From positions 1 to 32,346 of the IMG/VR virus record IMGVR_UViG_3300034018_002494: a stretch of 32,346 nucleotides of DNA; one strand, given 5' to 3'. The translations under genes were made by a program, and so were the position numbers. The stretch comes from a virus (Duplodnaviria; Caudoviricetes). The notes below the pieces were generated by a model. It ran no database searches. It saw only the letters and a program-made list of their open reading frames with translations, and had not been told where the DNA came from. Shown piece by piece: positions 8,293-15,600 of the stretch (positions are counted from its first letter, which is position 1; every line of letters starts with the position of its first letter).

Positions 8293-8571
8293 ATGAATAC
8301 TGAAAGAATTAAAGAGATACAACAAGCAACAGCTTACCCAGAAAGTGTAAGTGTGCAACAAGCCTTACTACAAGTTTGGAATGAAACCGAACAAAGCAAT
8401 AACACCAATGTGCTGTTAGGTGCAGTTAATAACCTTAAATTAGTTGGAAGCAACAAAGGTTTTAATGTTTACTTCAATGCTAATGACCAAACCTATACGG
8501 TATTTAAGGATGGTAAATTTGTAATAGGAAACAAATATAGATTTACTGATGTTAAGTGCTATCTCGATTAA
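8293..8571 (+). CDS. Hypothetical phage protein, apparently chimeric across a cassette junction
   Basis: 92 aa; reads through GTTAGGTGCAGTTAAT (8415-8430), which pairs with 8567-8582. Confidence 0.7.
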   Translation: MNTERIKEIQQATAYPESVSVQQALLQVWNETEQSNNTNVLLGAVNNLKLVGSNKGFNVYFNANDQTYTVFKDGKFVIGNKYRFTDVKCYLD

Positions 8572-8644
8572 TTGCACTTAACAATTTGCTTTACGCAATA
8601 GTTCTCAAAGCACACCTTAAATAGAATATATACGAATAAAAAAT

Positions 8645-8872
8645 ATGAACGCAAAAGAAAAAGCAAAGGAGTTAATCGAAAAATATCAAAAACTTGATAT
8701 TGAAATAGGTGGTCAATATGATGGCTACCTTACAATGAAAATACACGATGCCAAACAATGTGCTTTGATAGTAGTTGAAGAAATCATAAATTCAAGACCT
8801 GCTATAACAGATAGTCAATTTGAATATAATAAATATTGGAATGATGTCAAGTCGGAGTTGCAGTTTTTGTAA
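8645..8872 (+). CDS. Hypothetical phage protein
   Basis: 75 aa, KEKAKELIEK...AKQCALI.VEEI...YW..VK.EL pattern that I recall from Bacteroidota phage accessory proteins; A-rich leader. Confidence 0.75.
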   Translation: MNAKEKAKELIEKYQKLDIEIGGQYDGYLTMKIHDAKQCALIVVEEIINSRPAITDSQFEYNKYWNDVKSELQFL

Positions 8873-8881
8873 GGTTGCCGA

Positions 8882-9006
8882 TAACGTTTCGCAGCTACCA
8901 GAAGGGCGGGATTTAGGAAGATAAACTTTCAATAACAACAAAATTATGATAGAAGAAAAAAACACCAATGAACCACAGAACCCCGCCTTTTTGGTAGGTG
9001 CTGTTA
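8882..9006. repeat. attC-like imperfect palindrome (element D)
   Basis: TAAC-gtttc-GCAGCTACCAGAAGGGCGGG ... CCCGCCTTTTTGGTAGGTGC-t-GTTA; arms 17/20 complementary. The loop shares AGATAAACTTTCAAT with element A. Confidence 0.75.
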
Positions 9007-9164
9007 GCGGCTGTATTAAAAAGACTTCTTGGAGGGGTGAAAAATGTTTTCATTGTGAAACATCTAATAATACAGAGCGAATGGGTGTCAGAATTAACGG
9101 AAGCGAAGAGTGGAAATGCTTTGATTGTGGTAGATGGTTTGTGCTGTCGGAATATAGCCGCTAA
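8946..9164 (+). CDS. Small zinc-ribbon protein
   Basis: CFHC...CFDC pairs; starts inside element D and ends at the TAA of the next TAAC. Confidence 0.65.
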   Translation: MIEEKNTNEPQNPAFLVGAVSGCIKKTSWRGEKCFHCETSNNTERMGVRINGSEEWKCFDCGRWFVLSEYSR

Positions 9165-9356
9165 CTCATTTATATACGCCACAAACTTGCGTAAAGCGTG
9201 CTGAAAGTAACTTATTAACGAATAAATAAAATGAATAATTATGGAAAATAAACAAACAGCTAAAAATGAAAAGTAGTTTACTTTATACCATAAGTGGTAT
9301 TATATGTCGCTTATTAAGTATAATTGTACCTTTTAAGGTATATAATAAACATAATT

Positions 9357-9611
9357 ATGAAATCAAATAAACAAACATCTGTCGAATGGTTGGTTGAGCA
9401 AGTAGAAGATTTTATTTTTATTGGATTGATTCCTGTTGATATTATTGAACAAGCCAAAGAAATGGAAAAGGAGCAGATTTCTGATGCTTGGGAAAACGGA
9501 TTCATGTCAACAGGACAAGGGTGGAATGGGGAAGTTACTCCTGAAATGCACAATGAAACATTAGACACAGAACAATACTACGAACAGACATACGGAGGTA
9601 AAGATGAATAA
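9357..9611 (+). CDS. Hypothetical phage protein (KQTxVEWL type)
   Basis: MKSNKQTSVEWL...QAKEMEKEQI.DAW...EQYYEQTY pattern. The ATG at 9357 is preferred over the non-ATG start at 9324. Confidence 0.75.
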   Translation: MKSNKQTSVEWLVEQVEDFIFIGLIPVDIIEQAKEMEKEQISDAWENGFMSTGQGWNGEVTPEMHNETLDTEQYYEQTYGGKDE

Positions 9612-9783
9612 ACCAGAACCAACAATAATAACCATATCGCATTATGGTAAAAAATTCACAGCAGAATTACCATCTGATGTAGCAATTGGAGAGCTTTGTG
9701 ATGCCTTAAAAGGATTATTAAAAGCTTGCGGGTACGCAAATGAAACAATTAACGAATATATTAAAGGTGAATACGATGAATAG
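9604..9783 (+). CDS. Small hypothetical protein (59 aa, not in the ORF track)
   Basis: MNKPEPTIITISHYGKKFTAELPSDVAIGELCDALKGLLKACGYANETINEYIKGEYDE*; fills the gap and overlaps both neighbours by 8 nt. Confidence 0.7.
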   Translation: MNKPEPTIITISHYGKKFTAELPSDVAIGELCDALKGLLKACGYANETINEYIKGEYDE

Positions 9784-10111
9784 TAAAAATTTTAATGAAA
9801 TCGTTTTAAGACGATTAGATTTAGTTGAAGAAACTTTAACTAAAAAAGCAGCAGAATATGCAGTTAATGACGATAGATTACATAACTTTAATAAAGCTGC
9901 TGCATTTACAGGTAAATCTAGAGAAGAATGTTTATGGGGAATGGCTTTAAAACATTTAGTATCTGTTACCGATATTATTGATAAAGTAAGTATTGGAGAA
10001 TTACCTTCTATACATATGTTAGATGAAAAAATTGGAGATTTAATAAATTACTTATGTTTATTAGAAGTAAGTATTACAGATAAAATAGATAAAAATGAAA
10101 GATTGGATTAG
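9776..10111 (+). CDS. DUF1599 / nucleotide-modification-associated domain (Nmad1)-like all-alpha protein
   Basis: KKAAEYA...DRLHNF...KHL.S...DLINY pattern. Start at 9776 (MNSKNF) avoids a long overlap with the 59-aa ORF. Confidence 0.6.
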   Translation: MNSKNFNEIVLRRLDLVEETLTKKAAEYAVNDDRLHNFNKAAAFTGKSREECLWGMALKHLVSVTDIIDKVSIGELPSIHMLDEKIGDLINYLCLLEVSITDKIDKNERLD

Positions 10112-10589
10112 AGATATAATAATAGTACTGGGAATATTTATTTTAGGTTTAATTGTCGGTTTAAATAGTCAATATAACAATAAAGAATTAAAACAATTAG
10201 ATAAAGTTTATTATAATGTTGATAGTAATAATGTTTCTAAAGATTTATATTTTGAAAAACATAAAATTAGATTTTCACATATAGTTTATGCTCAAGCAAC
10301 ATTAGAATCTAATAATTTTAAATCAAAACTTTGTAAAGAAAATAACAATATATTTGGAATGAAAGTTCCAGCTCAAAGATTTACATTTTGTAATAATCCT
10401 TATGATTATGGAAATTATGCAAAATATGATAATATTGAAAGTTGTATTTTAGATTACAAAGCTTGGCAAATGCAAAATGCTTATAATATTACTACTGAAG
10501 AAGGGTATTTTAATCTTCTTCGTAGTATATATGCTGAAGATACTGAATATGTTAACAAATTAAAGAAAATAATAAATAGAAAATTATAA
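10095..10589 (+). CDS. GH73/glucosaminidase-family peptidoglycan hydrolase with N-terminal transmembrane anchor
   Basis: AQATLES, NNIFGMK and YAEDTEYVNKL motifs; hydrophobic segment IIIVLGIFILGLIVGL at the N-terminus. Confidence 0.8.
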   Translation: MKDWIRDIIIVLGIFILGLIVGLNSQYNNKELKQLDKVYYNVDSNNVSKDLYFEKHKIRFSHIVYAQATLESNNFKSKLCKENNNIFGMKVPAQRFTFCNNPYDYGNYAKYDNIESCILDYKAWQMQNAYNITTEEGYFNLLRSIYAEDTEYVNKLKKIINRKL

Positions 10590-10592
10590 AAT

Positions 10593-11381
10593 ATGACTAC
10601 GCAAATTAAAATAGCCATAATGGATATGGATAGCATAGCCTATACAGTGGGTCATGGTAATAAAATACAAATTGATGAAGTTGATGGAGAACCTGTTTAT
10701 CAAAGAGATGAGTTAGGAAGATTAGTTTATATTGATAAATCAGAAGAACAACTAATAGAATCTTGCAATTTTGTTATAGGAGATATTTTAAATAAAGGAG
10801 GCTTTACTCATTATGTTGGTTATATTAAAGGTGTTAATACTATATCTCACAAATTAAATTTTAATCCAACTTATAAACAAGATAGAAAATTAGAACAACC
10901 TAAGTGGTGGAATTTTGTTAAATCTTATTTAGTAAACAATTATAATATATTTTTAGCTAATGATTTTGAAGTTGATGATTATGTTGTTTCAGCTTATAAA
11001 TGTATTCCTAATTCTCATATTGTAGCTATTGATTCAGATATTCTTGCAACAACAGGTACTCATTACAACTGGAGAAAAAATGAATGGGTGACTATAACAG
11101 AAGACCAAGAAAGATATGCTTTTTGGAGTCAAATGATTACAGGAAATCATAACAACATTAAAGGTTTAGCTAAGAAAGGTCCAAAATATGCTGAAAATGT
11201 TTTAAAAGGTATAGATATATTTAAAGATAATATAGCTTCTATAATGTTAACAGAATATATTGACCATTATAAAGACGTTACTTTAGCTATTGATGAGTAT
11301 TATAAAAATTATAAATCGTTAAAAGTTATAGATAATATAATTGTTGACAATAATGTAGTAAAAGAATGGAACGTTTTTTAG
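10593..11381 (+). CDS. 5'-3' exonuclease / flap endonuclease (T5 D15 / T7 gp6-like)
   Basis: MDMDSIAY, YKQDRK, FEVDD, IDSD and HhH-like NNIKGLAKKGPKYA motifs. Confidence 0.85.
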   Translation: MTTQIKIAIMDMDSIAYTVGHGNKIQIDEVDGEPVYQRDELGRLVYIDKSEEQLIESCNFVIGDILNKGGFTHYVGYIKGVNTISHKLNFNPTYKQDRKLEQPKWWNFVKSYLVNNYNIFLANDFEVDDYVVSAYKCIPNSHIVAIDSDILATTGTHYNWRKNEWVTITEDQERYAFWSQMITGNHNNIKGLAKKGPKYAENVLKGIDIFKDNIASIMLTEYIDHYKDVTLAIDEYYKNYKSLKVIDNIIVDNNVVKEWNVF

Positions 11382-11773
11382 TTAGAAATGCAATGCAATG
11401 TTTAAATTGCAATGATGTAATAGAAAGTAAATATAGACATGATTATGTAACATGTAATTGCGGAGGATGTTCTACTTATGGAGGTTTAAATTATATTCAT
11501 AGAGCACATCAAGATGGAATAGATTATGTTGAATTAGATATGTATTCTACTGACCCTCATTGGGCAATAAGAGAATATGTAAAAAGACTTGGTTACGGTA
11601 AAATTGGAGCTTCTGATTACGGTAAATTTAAAGTTACTTTGTTAAAAGATATGACAGATGAACATTTAAATGCTTTATTAACTTATTGTCAACATAATAA
11701 TTTATATTTACCTATTTACAAAAATGAAATAGAATATCGCAAAAAAAATAATATTAAAATAGATGAACTCTAA
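11366..11773 (+). CDS. Zinc-finger phage protein
   Basis: CLNC-DVIES-RHDYVTCNCG motif. Confidence 0.75.
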   Translation: MERFLVRNAMQCLNCNDVIESKYRHDYVTCNCGGCSTYGGLNYIHRAHQDGIDYVELDMYSTDPHWAIREYVKRLGYGKIGASDYGKFKVTLLKDMTDEHLNALLTYCQHNNLYLPIYKNEIEYRKKNNIKIDEL

Positions 11774-12023
11774 AAAAGATAAAGTAGTATTAGAAATACT
11801 TAATAAACAATTATCTTATTTTAACAAAACTGTAGATGATGTTAAAAATAATGAAAAATGGTATGAAGAAAATTCTCTTACTGAAAAACAATATGAAGAG
11901 TGGAAAAATTTTAGTATAGATTTATTAAGAAAAAAACTTAAGTTTAATAAAACTTTTGCTATAAAAGAATTTTCGTGGATTAATTTTATGTGGGGATTTA
12001 AAGTTAAAGAAAATGAGATATAA
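11763..12023 (+). CDS. Hypothetical phage protein
   Basis: 86-aa ORF overlapping both neighbours, co-oriented. Confidence 0.7.
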   Translation: MNSKKDKVVLEILNKQLSYFNKTVDDVKNNEKWYEENSLTEKQYEEWKNFSIDLLRKKLKFNKTFAIKEFSWINFMWGFKVKENEI

Positions 12024-12198
12024 TTGTGCATTTACAATAGAAAAAGATGGAAATGCTGAATCTAAATTTGAAACAGTATCTTCAGAATCAAATAATAAAG
12101 ATTATATATTAAATCTTATACAAAAAAAGTACAAAGACTTTAATATTACTATCAAATATATTAGAGAATCTATAAACGGTAAACCTAATATACTTTAA
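12013..12198 (+). CDS. Hypothetical protein
   Basis: 61-aa co-oriented ORF with an overlapping start. Confidence 0.6.
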   Translation: MRYNCAFTIEKDGNAESKFETVSSESNNKDYILNLIQKKYKDFNITIKYIRESINGKPNIL

Positions 12199-12208
12199 TA
12201 AAAATAAT

Positions 12209-12412
12209 ATGATAATAGATGTAATATTAACAATTTTACTATGTTTGTTGTTTTTTAAACTTGCTATAAATATTTATGAAAAAATATTTTATAATATTAA
12301 CGATATTAGATATATATTTTTAATAACACAAATGTTATTTGTTACATTATTTACAGCAAGTATTTTTGGAATGATGTATTATATAATATATAAGTTATGG
12401 ATAGTAAATTAA
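12209..12412 (+). CDS. Small membrane protein (2 predicted TM helices)
   Basis: Two hydrophobic stretches (about aa 2-22 and 34-60). Confidence 0.6.
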   Translation: MIIDVILTILLCLLFFKLAINIYEKIFYNINDIRYIFLITQMLFVTLFTASIFGMMYYIIYKLWIVN

Positions 12413-12588
12413 TAAAAATAAACTTTTTTACAAATATATCAGAATATACTCGTACTTTAGAAAAAGACAATATAAATGAAGTATTAGATTCTATAATAAT
12501 TGGAATGAAAGAAGTAGGCTACACTAACAATGAAATAAAAGAAGCTTTTAAACAAAAGTTTTTTTATGTTTTGCTAAATAATAATTAA
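12397..12588 (+). CDS. Hypothetical protein
   Basis: 63-aa last ORF before the convergent terminator. Confidence 0.6.
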   Translation: MDSKLIKINFFTNISEYTRTLEKDNINEVLDSIIIGMKEVGYTNNEIKEAFKQKFFYVLLNNN

Positions 12589-12616
12589 AAGAAAGTAGGA
12601 AAACCTACTTTCTTTT
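12587..12616. terminator. Bidirectional rho-independent terminator
   Basis: AAAAGAAAGTAGG-aaaa-CCTACTTTCTTTT perfect 13-bp stem with A/T tracts on both sides, between convergent stops at 12588 and 12618. Confidence 0.88.
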
Positions 12617-12617
12617 T

Positions 12618-15600
12618 TTATTTGACCTCGTTAATTTCATTTTTGACTATATCATCAAAAAATCTAGAACCTTGTGACCAATATGGAATCATTTGACCTA
12701 CATTCTTTTTTAATTTTTTTTCAATTTTTTCTAAATCTTTTTCATCACTAACAGATATATCTTTTATACTACCTAACAATCTTCCAAATCTTTCAAGAGT
12801 TGAAATAGATGGTGCAGGAGATATTAAAATTTTATGCATATCTGCATAACCAAAACCAGTAAAAAACATCATTTCTGATTTATAACGAGATAAAACTTTT
12901 AATAAATATTTTAATTTTTTTCTTTTTTCTTTATCTTCATCTGACCCAGCAACAGCAGCGTAAAGACCGTATGCTAAAAGAATAATGGATATTTCAGCAA
13001 TAGCTTCTTTAACATTTGCTTTATCCTCATTAGATAAATTTTTCCAATTTAATTTATTAATTGTAACAAATCTAATAAGAGTGTTAAATCTACCTTCTAC
13101 ATATTCACCTAAAACATAATTGTATTTTTTTGATGACCAGTGAGCTTCTAACATTGCAGGAATCCATCCACGATGTTGAGTAATAGCTCTACCTAAAAAA
13201 AACTGTTTAATTTTAATTTTATCGTCAGGATTCATATTACCTAAAGCTCTACCATTAACATGAAGAACTTTTTGTCTAAATGCTTCCTTAACACCTTCAT
13301 CAAGAGAATTTTCTCCAATATATTGTAATTCATCATTTACTACTTTCCAATCATTCCATTTAATAGAATGTTTGTTAGATTTAATCATTGCAATTAAACC
13401 TGCATTTTGCATATGAGATTCAGTTGAAGTCATACCTGACATTGGACCTGGTATGCTAGAAAATGCTTTAAATCCTGTAGAATTTTTTTCTTTTTCTTTA
13501 TCGGAATATTCGCTAGATTGTAACTGAAACATATCAATAAAAAGTCTAGCTTTTCTTGCATCTTCTGTTAAATTAGAAAAAGGACCTAACGATACTACAG
13601 AAGAAGCAAAACTGTAATCTTTAACATCATACCATCTTCCTCCAACTCCCATTAATAATTGCATTGATTTACCACCAAGTAAATTAGTTATAGGAGAATA
13701 CAAATTATAACCTAAATTATTTAATCCTGTGTATCTTAATATAGAATTTAAAAGTTTAACACTTGATATATTTATTTCACTTTTTTCACCCATCATTCCT
13801 AAAGAGTCAAAAACTCTTCCTACAAAACTTTCTTTTTCTACAGTAAATGATGAACCTTCATCTGTAGATTTTCCATAAACAGTAGATTGTATAAAATAAT
13901 CTAAACTATTAATAGTGTTTTCTAAACCTTTTGCTGTTTTAGATAAATTAAAACCTCCTTTTGCTTCTTCTCCTGATGCTGTTAAAATTTGTTCTTTTTG
14001 ATTTAATAAAATATCTCTACCTGTTTCATGTACATGCTCTACAAGAGAAAGTTCATGATAACGCATTGCTGATTCAAAAAATATAGTTAAAGATTTACCT
14101 AAATCATAAGATTTTTCATTTTCTATAAAAGATTTTTTATTTTTAAAAGGAATTTGCATTTTTCCTAAAATAGGTATATTTCTTACATATTTACCTGTAA
14201 AAGGATTTATTTCTAAATAACTATCATCAGAAGTCATACTTATACTATTTACAAGACTTTCTCCTAATTTCATATCTCCTATTCCATTTGTAATTATTCG
14301 CTCTATAAAAGAACGTTTGAATTCTGCAATATAATTTTTACGAATATCAAAAGGAACAAAATCTTCAATAGATTCCATTGTAGAAGTATACATATCATAA
14401 AATTCTTCAACAGGAGTTCCTTTATACTTACCTTCTTTAATTTCTTTCCATTTAGAATCAATCCATTTATCAGTAGGTATATTAAACAACATTATATTAT
14501 TATTGTCTTTAATCCATTTAGCTAAAGCTAAATTATGGTCTTTAGTTACATATTTTTTAGCTTCACTTTCAATAATTTCTTCTTTATATTTTTTAGATTT
14601 TTTAAGACTTTCAATTTTAACTAATAAATCTGCGTTAAATTTATTTTTTAAAAATTCAACATAACTGTTTTTCTTTTTGTTATAAGATTCTGTATCTAAA
14701 ATAGTATTGTTTTTAAACCAATTTAAATCTCCATTCTTTTTAGCATTTTTTCTTTCTTCGTAAAAAACAGATGAATATTTGTCTACAAGATAACCTGTAG
14801 GTTTACCGTTTAAATATTGTAATAAAGGTTCGTATATTTTTTCACCTGTCATTCCCATGTAACTTTCTAAATTTTTAACTGCTTTGTTAATTTTAGAACT
14901 CATTTCAGAAGATTGTTTTCTAGCTTTAGCTATAGCTGTACTTACAGTTTTATATATATAAGCTACTATAGGATTACTAATATAAGAAGCTCCTTTAAAA
15001 TTAGCTTGATATGCATTTATATCTTTTACTGGAGCAAGAACATCTTCAGGAGAAGTAATTATGCTACCTTCAAAAGATAAATCTTTAGCTGCATTGTTAG
15101 CAAAATTTTCTTCAATATTACTATACATTTGTTGATATAATCTTTTAGCTCTACCTTGAATTTTTTCAATTAAATCTGTATTTTCTTTTGTAATATTAAT
15201 AAAAGAACCTATGTTTTCGTACATACTTAAATCTTTTCTAAATTCAATATAGTTATTAATATTTTTATTTTCAGACATAAATACTTCAATAGCAATTAAA
15301 TCTTCCATAATTACACTAAGCATTTCATTATCTTTAACTCCTTTTTGAATACTTTGCATTAATTTTAATTTTGCATCCATTAAAGCATTAATTTTTTCTA
15401 TATTGTTTTTATCTTTTTTATTATCTAACATTTTTATTTGGTTAAATAATTCCCCTAACATTTCGTTTTTTCTTTTATCTAAAGAAGTTTGGTAAATAAC
15501 AGGAGATGTTTCTAGAACTTTAAAAGTAGGTATCCCATCTTTCATATAAGATACTATTTTCATTAACTCTTGGTATTTAATGTTTATTCCTTCTCTTCCT

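Noticed and set aside
7541-9240. Possible CRISPR array or simple terminators
   Set aside because: Repeats are not identical or regularly spaced and enclose whole ORFs. The palindromes have long loops and lack adjacent U tracts.
8913-9568. ORFs 8913-9182 (-), 8998-9204 (+) and 9314-9568 (-)
   Set aside because: Overlap better-supported + strand genes; no motifs or plausible leaders.
11816-12031. Minus-strand 71-aa ORF
   Set aside because: Antisense to tightly packed + strand genes.
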